From NCBI GenBank assembly GCA_918797485.1, contig CAKKNE010000006.1:2108001-2172000 (forward strand): a stretch of DNA of 64,000 nt, given 5' to 3'. Source of the stretch: Pelagomonas calceolata (taxonomy: Eukaryota). Each line of letters begins with the position of its first letter. The first letter of the stretch is position 1. The notes under the pieces were generated by a model that saw only the letters and a list, made by a program, of their open reading frames with translations, ran no database searches and had not been told where the DNA came from. Below are positions 10,306-23,516 of the stretch, piece after piece. Made by a program: the position numbers and the translations under genes.

Positions 10306-12031
10306 ATGCGAATCACACTGCTCGCGGCCACGCTGGCCGCCGCGCGGACGCGGCCGACCGCCCTCCGGGCTGCTCTACGCCGCCGCGGCGGCGACGTCGT
10401 CGAGACCGCCTCTGCGAGCTGCAAGCTCTCACCGGGACGAGCGGAAGAGCTCGCTTCATTAAATGAACGGGAGCACGCGGCGGAGTGTATCAAAGTAGAG
10501 GGCGAAGCTTGGAGTGGAGACCTCGAACCGGAAGGAGAGATCCCGGCCACGGACAAGTTCGCCATCCCGGATTGGTACCTGCCGGACCTCGATGCGGAAC
10601 TGCGGAACAACGGAGATGTGGAAATACACGTTACACGCACCCCGCTATTCTCCCAAGAGGAGTGCCAGCACGTGATTGCGATGGCGGACGAACACGCGAA
10701 CAATGCCGGGGGATGGGGGAAGATCCCCGCGGGGCGGTGCGTATCTCGGCGTCCCGTCGTGTAGAGACGCCTTCACGCCATCGACGCGACTCGTGTCCAT
10801 CAGACGAGGTCGTGGATGGTTTCTCTTTTGATATCGAGCCTCGTCGAGCGACCGCGACGCGCCGCGCAGGTACGACGTCCACGGTGGCTGGGTCAAGGAC
10901 ATTGTCGGTGTCAAAGAGTGGTTCGACGACATGTTACGGACGAGGCTGTACCCTTGCTTGAGGGGGTTGTTTCCGAACGCTGCCGGAGACGGTTCTTCAC
11001 TGAGGGTCCAATCGGCCTACCTGTTTAAATATACGGCCGAGACCGGAGCCGCGACAGATGTTCATGTTGATTCCGGGTTGTTGTCGTTCACAATAGCATT
11101 GAATGAACCGGAAGCCTATGATGGTGGAGGTACTTGGTTCGAATCAGTAGACAAACTAGTGGAGATGCCCCAAGGACACGTGACTTTCAGGCCTGGTCAT
11201 GTCCGACATCAAGGAAGACCGCTCACACGAGGCACGCGCTACATGATTGGGGGCTTCATCATGAGGGAAGATGTGGTAGAACATGGTCGTAGAAGTATCG
11301 AGCGAGGCGTCGCGGCGTTAGGTGGGGCTGTCGCCGAAGCGAACTTCGCGGCGGCGTCGGGCGAGTCCACCGGTGTGCCTCCCGAACAATTAGCGATCGA
11401 TGCCTTGGAGCACGCTGTGCAAGTGTGTCCTCGCGTCGCGTCGGCGCAGCTGAACTTGGGGACAGCTAGACAACGTATTGATGATGCGGCGGGCGCCGAG
11501 GTCTGTTTCCAGGCTGCTTCTACTTTGTCTCCTCGAGACCCCGCGGCGTTTTTTGGGCGGGGCCAGTGCCTCCGGGAATTGGGGAGGAGGCAGGAGGCCG
11601 AGCCGTTGTTTCAGGAGGCCTCTTCCTTAGATGAGTTGGACGCCGACGCGGCGTACATGGCCGCTTTATCCGCTTCTGAAAGAGGAGACTTTGGGTCCGA
11701 ATTACGGTGGTTGGAGAGAGCTCTGAAAGCGGACCCGAAGCACGCGAAGTCCCTGGTCAACAGGGCGGTATTGTACGGCGAAGCCGGCGACTTGGACAAC
11801 GAACTAGCGTGCAATCGGAAGGCCGTCGAGGCCAATCCCCAGTCCGCCCTCGCGGCGAACGCCCTTGCCTCATGTTTGGGCATGAGAGGTATGGTCGACG
11901 AGTCGCTCGCGGTCTTCGCGCGGGTCTTGGACGGCGCCGGCTGGGGCGACGCCGAGGAGCTCGCGCGGGCGCAGAAGCTGCATGGGGTCGTGACGCGCAT
12001 GAAGGCGAAGCAGGGGGCTTCTTCCGGGTAA
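10306..12031 (+). CDS. 2OG-Fe(II) dioxygenase (prolyl/lysyl hydroxylase-like) with C-terminal TPRs; intron 10737..10869
   Basis: HVD...H...R facial triad (VHVDSG, HQG, RYMIGGF); spliced IPAGR|YDVHGGW joins two ORFs. Confidence 0.85.
10737..10869 (+). mobile_element. Introner-like GT-AG intron (family B)
   Basis: Restores frame; CTCGGCGTCC starts at +9; contains TTCACGCCATCGACGCG shared with 14003..14101. Confidence 0.8.
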
Positions 12032-12513
12032 GGATCGTGCATCGACTTTGTTATTTTGTGACGGGGGCGCGCGGTCAGCCGCGGAGGCTCGCGGAGTTTT
12101 CTGACCTGGCATTCGTCGGGAACGTGGTGCACACTCGGTATACAGGCCTGATGCGCGTCGAGACGACTGCAAAAAAGGTTCGGGGCGTCCTTGGCGTCAA
12201 AGATTTCTCGATCGTTTGATCAAAACGTGCTGGTCCAGCGTCGCATACATTGCTCTCGAGCAGCAGGCCTTGCGCAGTAACATCTCGAGACGACGCTCGC
12301 CCCGTTCACAACTTTGCGCGGCACGCGCGGCCGCTTGGCGCGGCGCTTTGGCTTGCCAAAGCCAAGGATCGGCCCAGCGGCCTGTCCGACGGCCCCGTGC
12401 AACGAAAGGGCCTCGCGCCTGCTTTTCCGCAGCGCTGCGGCAACCCTCGCTGGCCCCCGCAAGTCGCGAGCCGGTTGCTTCGCGTCAAGCAAAAGTCTCA
12501 TCATAGATTTGCG

Positions 12514-12604
12514 GCGAGCGCCTCGCGCTTGACCTGCCCGACCCCGACTCCCACGCCATCGCCGCGGCCACGCGGCAACCTAATCTGTACGCGCCCACCC
12601 GCAG
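12514..12604 (+). other. Possible GC-AG 5'UTR intron of the LHC gene
   Basis: GCGAGC donor-like, CTAAT branch-like, CCCGCAG acceptor 15 nt before the ATG; contains CACGCCATCG. Confidence 0.45.
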
Positions 12605-12619
12605 ACACACAAATCTAAA

Positions 12620-13255
12620 ATGGCCAAGCTCGCTCTCGCCCTCCTCGCCGCCCCGGCCGTCGCCTTCGTGGCCCCCGGCCAGCAGGCCGCCTCCAAGGTC
12701 GTCGTCAAGGGCGACATCGGCGTCGACCCCGGGCCGATCACCCCCTCGGGCTTCATGTTCGAGGACACGGAGGGCCTCGCCCGCCGCCGCGCCGTCGAGA
12801 TCAAGCACGGCCGCATCTCCATGATGGCCTTCCTCGGCATGATGGTCCAGGAGCTCGGCATCACCTTCCCCGGCTCCATGACCCTCGACGGCTCGGTCCA
12901 GTTCTCGGACATCCTCAAGGACGGCATGGGCTTCGCGGCGCTCTCGAACGTGCCCACGTTCGGCCTCGCCCAGATCCTCCTCTTCGGCGGCATCGCCGAG
13001 ACCGTCGCCATGCCGGCGTCGCAGTACACGGGCGGCCCGCAGAACCTCCCGGGCGGCTACGACGGCTCGGCGGGCACCATCCCCGGCGGCTACCCGTTCA
13101 CGGAGCAGATCACGGACCCCGCCGCGCGCACGCGCGCGCTCACGTGCGAGCTCCAGAACGGCCGCGCGGCCATGCTCGGCACGTTCGGCGCCATGTGCCA
13201 CTCGTGCGTCGACTCGTGCGACCACCACTTCTTCTACCCGATCACGCACAACTAA
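12620..13255 (+). CDS. Light-harvesting fucoxanthin-chlorophyll a/c binding protein
   Basis: RRAVEIKHGRISMMAFLG and ELQNGRAAMLG; bipartite presequence AVAFVAP; very high GC3. Confidence 0.95.
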   Translation: MAKLALALLAAPAVAFVAPGQQAASKVVVKGDIGVDPGPITPSGFMFEDTEGLARRRAVEIKHGRISMMAFLGMMVQELGITFPGSMTLDGSVQFSDILKDGMGFAALSNVPTFGLAQILLFGGIAETVAMPASQYTGGPQNLPGGYDGSAGTIPGGYPFTEQITDPAARTRALTCELQNGRAAMLGTFGAMCHSCVDSCDHHFFYPITHN

Positions 13256-13701
13256 GCGCGAGGTCGACTGTGTCGGTGCCCCCGGCGCCCGCGCATGGGC
13301 AAGCAAAGCCCGTCGTCCGCGCCGCGTTGGATGATTTAAGAATCGTTGCACGCTAGTCTTTTTCTTTCTTTGGGCCATGTCAGCAAGTTCCCGCGGCTCG
13401 GCGCCCGCCGCGCTGTCCCGAATCGCCAGCTAAGGCGACTCTGAGGCTCGGATCTGTGCTTCTATGACTAAAAGCTCGTAGCGCAAGGCCCGCACGCTCA
13501 CACGCGCACCGCATCGTGCGGGTTTGCAGGATGCGATCCCCCAACTTTGAGCGCTTAAACTCCGTGTACGTGCGCAGTTGGCTAGCATAGGCTTGCACAC
13601 TGGCTTACGCCATCGACGTGGTGCCCGGTGTCCTGCAGCCGCAACCTGTATAGCGACCAGCGACCTCAATCACAGCACGTACGCACAACTCCAAGCACAG
13701 G

Positions 13702-14955
13702 ATGCAACTGCTCGTAGCGCTGGCGACGGGCGCCGCAGCCCTCGTCGCGCCGACGCAGCGCGCGCTGCCGAAGACCGTGCGCCAGTTTAATTTTGGCGAC
13801 TTCGGCAAATCTAAAGATTACGCGTCGGCACAAGAAAAAATCCGGTCGTACGACACCACAAAAACCGTAGAAACGGCCAAGTACGGCAAGCGCGCCATCC
13901 GCGCGACGCAGCTCAACGGCCAGAACGTCCTGAATCCGGAGCCGGCCTGCGCGGCGTTCATCGCCTTCGCGGCGTTCGAGTGCTACCTCTCGGCGCAAGC
14001 CTGTGCGCTCGCGGCGTCCCGCTTCACGCCATCGACGCGCGTCGTCTCCAGGAATGGTGAACGTGGGTGGTTTCTTTTTTCGATTCTGAGGCTCCGCGCA
14101 GGCGCGGGCAAGTCTTCCGGAGATATTTGTCCGATATCAACAATCAGGGACTGGAACCCCGATTTGGTGACGGGTGGTGTCTTCCTCTTCGTCTGTGCTG
14201 TTTGGTTGAACTGGTACGGCACGTTCCGGCGACTGGCGATTGATGAACGAGGCATCGAGGTCGTATCGTGCTCATCACCTCGAAGGGACCCCCAAGAACA
14301 AGATATCGAACCAGTCCCGAAGTCCTGGGCCTGGGGCGGCCCCGACCGCGTCGAGTTCAAAGATGTGGATGATTGGGCCATATTACCTGTGGTACCCGTC
14401 TTGTATGTGCGAGAGGTCGCGCGGACGGCTTCCGGCTCCACGAGACAAGTGCCCTACTTCTACGCTCCGTCGTTTGACACGAAGACCGTAGAGCAGCTTT
14501 TTGAGTCCTATGGCGTGCCTCAGGCCGACCCCGAGGATAGCGTACTAGGCAAAGGCAGCCAGTACGGCGCCGCCGGCGTTTTATCGTATATTGCCTGGGA
14601 GTGGGCCTTCTGGATCGGTAGCTTTGGCATCGCTGCTCTCTTATTTAATTTATATGAGGGGCATTTACCGGATTTGAGGTTCGCGGCTTCGCTCGATTTC
14701 AATCTGCCTTTGAACCACATCGACTTACTACAAACGAAGAGCGGCATGGTCTCCATTGACTTACCGTCCTTTCCCTTGCAATTTACGGCTACGAATGGCG
14801 CCGACTTCGCGAACATTGCCGCGTCGGCTTTTGTTATTGTCAACCTCGCGCGGCTGATCCTGCCGCTGCGGCTGGCTTTGGCTTTAGCCACAGCCCCCTT
14901 CTTCCAGGAGACGGTCGTCGCGCCGTTCAACCGGTTGACGGGCAAGGCGGAATAG
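13702..14955 (+). CDS. Plastid-type membrane protein (DUF3119-like region plus C-terminal TM domain); probable in-frame intron 14003..14101
   Basis: Signal peptide, several TM segments, WAWGGPDRVEFKDVDDW..PVLYVRE. Confidence 0.6.
   Translation: MQLLVALATGAAALVAPTQRALPKTVRQFNFGDFGKSKDYASAQEKIRSYDTTKTVETAKYGKRAIRATQLNGQNVLNPEPACAAFIAFAAFECYLSAQACALAASRFTPSTRVVSRNGERGWFLFSILRLRAGAGKSSGDICPISTIRDWNPDLVTGGVFLFVCAVWLNWYGTFRRLAIDERGIEVVSCSSPRRDPQEQDIEPVPKSWAWGGPDRVEFKDVDDWAILPVVPVLYVREVARTASGSTRQVPYFYAPSFDTKTVEQLFESYGVPQADPEDSVLGKGSQYGAAGVLSYIAWEWAFWIGSFGIAALLFNLYEGHLPDLRFAASLDFNLPLNHIDLLQTKSGMVSIDLPSFPLQFTATNGADFANIAASAFVIVNLARLILPLRLALALATAPFFQETVVAPFNRLTGKAE
14003..14101 (+). mobile_element. Introner-like 99-nt stop-free intron (family B)
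   Basis: GTGCGC...CCGCGCAG; shares CGGCGTCCC, TTCACGCCATCGACGCG and GTGGRTGGTTTCT with 10737..10869. Confidence 0.7.
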
Positions 14956-15003
14956 GTGATGGGTCTAAGTCTACGTCTCCAAGACTGCTGCTAGCAACTA
15001 TTC

Positions 15004-15146
15004 CTGAGGCGGCGTATCGACGCTCGCGTCGATGGCGTACTGTCCCCCCACGCCATCGCCGCGGCGAGCGCTGCGTCGACGGCGTACCGGCCCCCAGTCG
15101 CGGAAGGACGCCGCGTACGCAGTCGAGCGGGCGTCGCGTCCCACGC
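15004..15146 (-). mobile_element. Introner-like sequence at the breakpoint of a truncated MYND gene
   Basis: Contains CGATGGCGTGG and ACGCCATCGACGCG; ends CCTCAG on the minus strand. Confidence 0.5.
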
Positions 15147-15362
15147 CTCAACCGCGACCGCGACGGCCTCTTTGTATTTTTTGTCGGCGTAGTATTGCTC
15201 AGCGTTGCCGCCGCGGTGTATTTTCTTGCAGATCTGCTTGTGGCCGCGTCGCCAGTGGTCGTGCTGGCAAGTGGGGCCGCAATATCTTGTGTGACAGCGT
15301 ACGCATCGCGGCGCGTTGTGGGCCAGTGGGGCGGCGCAGGCGGGGCAATTTGTGAGGATCAT
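15142..15362 (-). pseudogene. Orphan 5' fragment (MYND finger) of the MYND-RING-TPR family
   Basis: MILTNC.ACAAPLAHNAPRCVRC...KKYKEAVAVAVEA nearly identical to the N-terminus at 44601, then diverges. Confidence 0.8.
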
Positions 15363-15523
15363 TTTGCGTTGGCGGGGAGTCTGTAGAGCGTTCGTCGCGG
15401 CGGCGTTTTGTGAGTTGAAAAATTCGGGTTTTCCAGGATGGGCTCAGAAACACACGTAGGTACTTACACAAACACATATCGATAATAAACGCACGCCACC
15501 ACGCCGGCGGCGGCGCCTCCTCG

Positions 15524-16318
15524 TCATGCAGCTAGAACGCGAGGGCAGCTTTCCGCGCCTCCGTACGCGAGGAGGCGAACGACCTTCAGGTCCAGTGCGA
15601 CGATGGCCGCGTACCAAAGGCATGGCTCCACACCGGGGAAAAAGAATACCCCTGGAAAGCTAGTGAGCCACTCCAGCAGCGACGGCGATTGCCAGATCGT
15701 TTGCCAGTACTCGACGTCGTCCCAACGCGCGACGAGCCACGCGTAGCCTGAGTCCCAACGCTCGATGAACCGCGAGTACCAACGCTCCACTAACCACCCG
15801 CCGAACAGTAAAAATAGAAATGCGACGTATAGAAACGGTGCCGCCTTGCATAACATGAGTATCGAAAGTAGAGAAACGGTGCCAAAAGACCGTCGCTCGG
15901 CGCCGTGCAGGCGGCCCACCGCCGCCGCCGTCAGGAAAAAGGGGATGCAGCAAAATGAGAAGTCATTCCAGTGGTAGGCCAGCCGGGCGCCGGCGCACGC
16001 GTTGGCCGCGATGCAGACGGCCGTGAGGGTGCGCCGGCCACGGCGCAAGCAGGCCCGTACGCCGATCGACGCGGCGCCCACGAGCAGCAGGAACCCGAGC
16101 GGATGCGTGAAGGCCACAGCTCCGATAGTCTTGAGTAACGCGCCGAGTTCTTCCCCGTCGAGGGACCCGCTGCCGTCCGCGTCGAGCCCCGCGAAGAGCT
16201 CCCAGAGTTCCGCGGGGGACATGAGGCATACGGGCTTGGTTTCGGGTTCTGGCTCCGGGCGCCATACCCTCAGACCAATTAGTGCAGCCAGGTTTAGGGC
16301 GATGAAAATTTGCAGCAT
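15524..16318 (-). CDS. EF-hand-containing multi-pass membrane protein
   Basis: LFAGLDADGSGSLDGEEL EF-hand loop; hydrophobic segments. Confidence 0.6.
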   Translation of the reverse strand: MLQIFIALNLAALIGLRVWRPEPEPETKPVCLMSPAELWELFAGLDADGSGSLDGEELGALLKTIGAVAFTHPLGFLLLVGAASIGVRACLRRGRRTLTAVCIAANACAGARLAYHWNDFSFCCIPFFLTAAAVGRLHGAERRSFGTVSLLSILMLCKAAPFLYVAFLFLLFGGWLVERWYSRFIERWDSGYAWLVARWDDVEYWQTIWQSPSLLEWLTSFPGVFFFPGVEPCLWYAAIVALDLKVVRLLAYGGAESCPRVLAA

Positions 16319-16743
16319 GGCTATGGTCTATGCTGTTTCGTTCGTCGTTCGCCGCATTTATGCTGCTTTTGGGCTGCCCCGGTCCAGGCAGCCAAGCTGA
16401 AATAGCTGCCAAGCAGCCCAAGCATAAGCATGCTCGATCCTGGAAGTGCGGGTTTGCAGAACTTTCCGCGCCCTACGCCGGCCGCGCTGCCGTGGGGACG
16501 TCTAGCACGCCCTAGTCGGGAGCGCTGGCGCGACGTGTTTTGCTTACAATGGCAAGGCGCGCCGGCGGCGCCGCGGAACGTCCGAACTCCGTGTCCGATG
16601 TTAAATGCCCCGATGTACACTAGGAAGTAGGTCATCAACAGCAATAGCTTATGTTCTTGGGCTATCGTGGACGGGGGAGGGGAATGCGAGGAAGAGGCGC
16701 GACCGAGCGGCGCCGTGAAATCGATGTCAACAAACCGCGTCGC

Positions 16744-17067
16744 TCATTGCGGCCGACGCATGGCCGCCTCCCACGCGTTCGCCTCGGCCGACGTTCCGCG
16801 CGCCCACGTGGGTTTTCGCCACGATTCGTTCGCCGGCGACGACGCGGGAGATTCCGGGGCCGGCGACGCGGGAAGCGCGTTCGCCTGGCCGTAGCGCGCC
16901 CACGCTTCGGCCTCCGCCGAGGCTCCTCGGGTCCAAGCGGGCCGGCTCCACGTCTCGCCCGTCTCCTCGGTGGGGCTGCCCAGGGAAGCAAAGGACTGTC
17001 GGGGCAGCGTCGGCGGCGAGGGCGGCGCGGCGGGCATCTTGGCGAAGCGTGACTGCGAGGTGTTCAT
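16744..17067 (-). CDS. Small hypothetical Pro/Ala-rich protein
   Basis: AAAAATG start context; repeated PxWxRGxSAEAxAW motif. Confidence 0.4.
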   Translation of the reverse strand: MNTSQSRFAKMPAAPPSPPTLPRQSFASLGSPTEETGETWSRPAWTRGASAEAEAWARYGQANALPASPAPESPASSPANESWRKPTWARGTSAEANAWEAAMRRPQ

Positions 17068-17319
17068 TTTTAAATGATTTTTTAGTTTGCGTTCGAGTTT
17101 GGTACTGCTTTGGCAGCCTTTTATGATCGATCTGTTTGAGAGCTGAGAGCCGAGGATCTAGGAGTGTTCCTGGGAGGCCAGGCAACTTCTTGAGCCCAAC
17201 CACCCTGATACATCTGGCGAGCCGTCCCGGCGAGGCCTCCGGACGGCTCGCCGCGGCGGTCGTAGCTCTTCGGGGGAAAAAGCCCAACTCCGTCCTCGGA
17301 AAGGTACAACAAACATAGC

Positions 17320-18765
17320 TTACACGTCCTTCCGCGCCGCCTTACAGACGACGTAGTGTGCCCCGTAGTCGCGCTTTTGACAAACCGCGCCGCAGTATGC
17401 ACTCAAACCGCACGCGCCGCAGGCGAAGCACTTCGCCGCGCCGCAGACCACACAAACGCGCTCGCCGCGCGGGCCGTCGCCCCTTGAGCGCGCCCTGCCG
17501 ACGCGGGCTTGCGCCGCCATGACACCGAACAGCTCCGGCTCGAAGCGCCCCTCGTAGTTGGCCGCATTGTCGCGCGCGCGGCACGCATCTTCAAAAAGCC
17601 GCGTTCTATCGTCCTCGTCCTCGTCGCTCTCCTCCTCGGGCTCAATAAGCTCCGGGGCGTCCCTTCTCACAGCCACCTTCCTATCATTATCCAGCAGCAC
17701 GTGGTACGCCTCTCCATCAGAACCGCGGTGGGCCACGACTTTACCGGAAAGCCATTCCTCACCAACGAAGACGCGGCAGCGCTGTTGTAAACCGACGCGC
17801 CGCCCCGCATATCGTTGCGACCCGCACGCTAACAGTCGATCCAAGACTTGCGCCTGGTAATTCGAATTCGGGCCGCCCGCTTCGTCCGGACAGCCGCCGA
17901 CACCACTCACGACGACGACGCCCTTATTCTCGTCATCTACAGTGCTCACAAGGGTAATGGTGTGCTCGAAGGCGTCCTCGCCCCTCCCATAGACGTAGCC
18001 TACCGTATCACCTTTCTCTCGCAGGACCTCGCCCAGCTTCGTAGCCCGGGGGTCCAAGCCATCCAAAACCAGGGCTAGATGCGCGTCCCTCTCGACAGCA
18101 TCCGTGCCTCTCTCATAATAGCCCGGCGCCTTGCCTCCCAGAGGCGTCCACGTACAGCCGTCCTTGAAATCAGTAAACGCGTACGGCTGTTTTCCTGTAA
18201 AACCTAATGAAGGTGCCAGGCAACACGCGTGGGCCTGCGCCAGACTATATGAAGCGTCGCACCGTATGATACGTTGAACGGGCGGCTTTAGAGGTTGGAT
18301 AGGACCCTCCTGCAAAAACGCCGCGACCTCCACTTGTATTTCTATCCTACCAGTCGTCGCCGCCGGCTTCTTCCGGCGGCGCATGAGCGCATTCACGAAC
18401 TGCCGTTCCGGCGCCGGCCGCCAGTCCTTGGGTTTGTCCGCGTAGAGCTCCCGCACTACTCCTCTTCTCCTCAACGCCTTCACGGGATCGATCACGGGCA
18501 GGCCCCACCGGACACACCTCCCGTGTCGTTGTTGTGGTTTGAAAACAGACGCGTCGCCCTTAAACACGTCGTCCACATCTTTCCAGTCGTCGCCTACGCA
18601 CGCCTTCGCGGTGCCTTTCTGGCGCGCTTTGCGTTGCCGCTCCACAACTTTTCGAGCGTAGGCCGACGCTTCCAGGGACGGGCCCTTGTAGCGCTCGACG
18701 GGCGGCGTCGGCGCGTCGTCGTCCGAGACGTCTATATTGGCAAATTTGCTGTAGTCGAGCACCAT
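17320..18765 (-). CDS. Protein with pRiA4b ORF3-like region and C-terminal MYND zinc finger
   Basis: MVLDYSKF..IDVSDDD N-terminus; YVYG..FEHTITL...GGCPDE; CVVC...CGAC...YCGAVCQKRDYGAHYVVC. Confidence 0.75.
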   Translation of the reverse strand: MVLDYSKFANIDVSDDDAPTPPVERYKGPSLEASAYARKVVERQRKARQKGTAKACVGDDWKDVDDVFKGDASVFKPQQRHGRCVRWGLPVIDPVKALRRRGVVRELYADKPKDWRPAPERQFVNALMRRRKKPAATTGRIEIQVEVAAFLQEGPIQPLKPPVQRIIRCDASYSLAQAHACCLAPSLGFTGKQPYAFTDFKDGCTWTPLGGKAPGYYERGTDAVERDAHLALVLDGLDPRATKLGEVLREKGDTVGYVYGRGEDAFEHTITLVSTVDDENKGVVVVSGVGGCPDEAGGPNSNYQAQVLDRLLACGSQRYAGRRVGLQQRCRVFVGEEWLSGKVVAHRGSDGEAYHVLLDNDRKVAVRRDAPELIEPEEESDEDEDDRTRLFEDACRARDNAANYEGRFEPELFGVMAAQARVGRARSRGDGPRGERVCVVCGAAKCFACGACGLSAYCGAVCQKRDYGAHYVVCKAARKDV

Positions 18766-18917
18766 GCTCGCAGGTCTCGAGTGCGGCGCTCGCAGCAATC
18801 TCGAGAGATGCGCAGCGATGAACAGCGGTGGTGGGTCGACAAATGAAATTCACGATGCAGCCTTCCGCCAAGCTGTGCGCACTGTAACACTGCTTTGCGG
18901 CCAAGCAAAGAGCCAGG

Positions 18918-18938
18918 CTAGCGGCTGTAAGACACTAG
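18918..18938 (+). promoter_or_regulatory. CTAG-box motif copy
   Basis: CTAGCGGCTGTAAGACACTAG centred between divergent ATGs 18765 and 19097. Confidence 0.75.
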
Positions 18939-19096
18939 CAAACGGAAAGAATTGCGGGAAGAGTCGTTCTCCGTGGATAGGAGGAGTGCCGAGGAGCCAT
19001 GCGATCGCTCCAGCGAGCCCTCCCGCCGCGCGTCATCTCGGAGCGTTGCTTTTTGGCAAGCAAGCACGGGAGCAAAGAACCCAACCTTCACACGCG

Positions 19097-20749
19097 ATGG
19101 AGGCTGCCCCACCGCCACCGAAGCGGCGCTCCGTCGGCGGCGACGCCACCAACACGGCACCCGAAACGGCTGCCTCGCGCAAGCGCAAGAGCACGGACGC
19201 TGCCGACCCCATGATGAGGGCCGCTACCGCGCGCCGCCGGAGCCTCGGCGGCAAGCGCAAGAGCCGCGGTAGCCCCACGACGACGGACGCCACAGGGGCC
19301 GCCTCGCGCAAGCGGACGAGCGTCGGCGACGGAATGACGTCGCGCAAGCGCCGGAGCCTCACAAGTGACGAGGGCGTCGCGAGCCGCGTCAAGCGGCGCC
19401 GCTCGCTGGAAGGGGCGCCCCTCTTCTCGCCGCCGGACAAGGAAGCAACACCAAAGAAGGCGTCGCCGGGCGCCGCGGAGCTGAGCTTTTTCTCCCCGGC
19501 GGCGTCGGCGAAACGCAGCAGGGCTTGGAGCGTCCGCTGTTCGGCGCGCCGCGCGGCCGACGCGTGGTCAGAGCATGATGGATGGCTCCCTTCAAAGGGT
19601 GAGGAAGAGACTTTCATGACCCTGGTCGAGAGCCGCGGCTGCCCGCCGGCGAAGCGGTTGGAGGCCTGGGCGGCCTGGGCCTCGGGCCCTTCAACAGAGT
19701 TGCTCCTGGAACTGAGTAGCGACGCAGCGCTCGAGACCCAAATTAGTAAAGACGTCAAGCGGACGCTGCGGGGTACTCCTTACTTCCGCGACGGAGATGG
19801 CGCCACGTATCTGGCCGCCTTCCTGCGGACGCGCGCGGCCGAAGACACGAGTGTTGGCTACGTCCAGGGCATGAACTACGTCGCGGCGTTCTGCCTATTG
19901 GTCGCGCGCGGCGACGCCGACGCCGACGCGAACCCGGCGCCGACGGCTCGCGACGACGCCGCGCGCGCCTATGATGCCTTCCGGGCGCTCACCGGGCTGT
20001 GTCGAGGCTACTACGTCGACGGCTTCCCGGCGCTGCACCGCGACGTCCGCGTGTTCTCAGATCTTCTGAGCGAGCACCTGCCCGAGATCGCGGCGCATTT
20101 GGAGAAGGTCCGCGCCGAAGCGATGACGTACGCCCCGCGCTTCTTGATGGCCCTCTTCTTGCACATGCTACCCGGCCACGTCGTCGCGCGGTTACTGGAC
20201 TGCGTGCTCGCGGCTTCAGCGGTGGACCCCGCCGGCGGGAGCGACGCGACGTCGGCCGTGCTCGTGCATGCACTGCTGGCCGTCGTTGCGGCTGCCAAGG
20301 ACGAGCTGGTGGCTACCGACGACTTCTGCGCGGCGCAAGCGGCGCTCGTCCGCGCCGCGCGGAATACCCCAAGCTTCGAGAAGCTCCGACGCCGAGCGCC
20401 GTGCTCCGTTGAGGCCTGCCGAGCTGCGCTGACTCGGCCAGTTCCCCCACCGCAAGCGCCGCCGTCACGGTCGCCGCAGCGCCTCTTCCCTCTACCCCCT
20501 CCGCCGCCGGCCGCGCCGCCGACGGGCATTCTCCAGAACCTACGATCGTGGTTCGAGAACGACGAGTATGCCACCGACACCATGCGCCGGCCCCGCCTCT
20601 CGCCGCGGCCGCGCCGGTCGGCTAGACGGTCGGCCGGCGTGGAGCTTTCCACGTTCGCCCAGAGAGCTGCCTCGCCCGTACGGTTCGCGCTCGAGGCGCT
20701 GTCGCCCGCGCCGGTACGGGGGGACAATCCGCTGAGCCGTTGGGTCTAG
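19097..20749 (+). CDS. Rab-GAP TBC domain protein
   Basis: QISKDVKRT and VGYVQGMNYVA TBC catalytic motifs. Confidence 0.88.
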   Translation: MEAAPPPPKRRSVGGDATNTAPETAASRKRKSTDAADPMMRAATARRRSLGGKRKSRGSPTTTDATGAASRKRTSVGDGMTSRKRRSLTSDEGVASRVKRRRSLEGAPLFSPPDKEATPKKASPGAAELSFFSPAASAKRSRAWSVRCSARRAADAWSEHDGWLPSKGEEETFMTLVESRGCPPAKRLEAWAAWASGPSTELLLELSSDAALETQISKDVKRTLRGTPYFRDGDGATYLAAFLRTRAAEDTSVGYVQGMNYVAAFCLLVARGDADADANPAPTARDDAARAYDAFRALTGLCRGYYVDGFPALHRDVRVFSDLLSEHLPEIAAHLEKVRAEAMTYAPRFLMALFLHMLPGHVVARLLDCVLAASAVDPAGGSDATSAVLVHALLAVVAAAKDELVATDDFCAAQAALVRAARNTPSFEKLRRRAPCSVEACRAALTRPVPPPQAPPSRSPQRLFPLPPPPPAAPPTGILQNLRSWFENDEYATDTMRRPRLSPRPRRSARRSAGVELSTFAQRAASPVRFALEALSPAPVRGDNPLSRWV

Positions 20750-20765
20750 TAACAACAGAGATCAC

Positions 20766-22979
<2,214 letters not shown>

Positions 22980-23516
22980 TCATCGCCCCATCGCGTTCGC
23001 GACGGCCTTCACCGCCGCCGGCACCTCCTCATGCCCGTCGAGCAGCTCGAAGGCCGGCGCCGCCCAGCCGCGCGCCACGAGCTTCGCCAGCTTCATGTCG
23101 CCCGTGACGCCGTAGACGGGCACGAGGCCGCCGGCGCAGCGGCCCAGGTCCCGCAGGTACTGCTCGAGCAGAGGCACCGCCACCGCCGCGCCGAGCGCCT
23201 CGAACTGCCGGAGCGGCTCGATCAACAAAATGGCGCCGTAGGTCGCGTCGGCGCTCGCCTTCGGGAGGCTCCGCACGGCCTTGATGTTGGCCCCAAAGCT
23301 CTCGTGGCAGCGGATCCACCGCGTCGACGCCGCGGCCGCGGCGGCCGTCCGCGAGTGCTCCTCGAGCTGGACGCACTCGAGCACGATGATGCCGTCGCCG
23401 CGCGGCAGCGGCGGTGCCGCGGGCTTGCGGCGCGACGCGAGGATCGAGGCGACGACGACGACGAGCGCCACCAACACACCGATTGTGGTGGCGTCGATGA
23501 AGGGGCGGCCGTCCAT
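22980..23516 (-). CDS. Hypothetical protein with N-terminal TM anchor
   Basis: ORF with coding-like GC3 and a hydrophobic N-terminus. Confidence 0.6.
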   Translation of the reverse strand: MDGRPFIDATTIGVLVALVVVVASILASRRKPAAPPLPRGDGIIVLECVQLEEHSRTAAAAAASTRWIRCHESFGANIKAVRSLPKASADATYGAILLIEPLRQFEALGAAVAVPLLEQYLRDLGRCAGGLVPVYGVTGDMKLAKLVARGWAAPAFELLDGHEEVPAAVKAVANAMGR

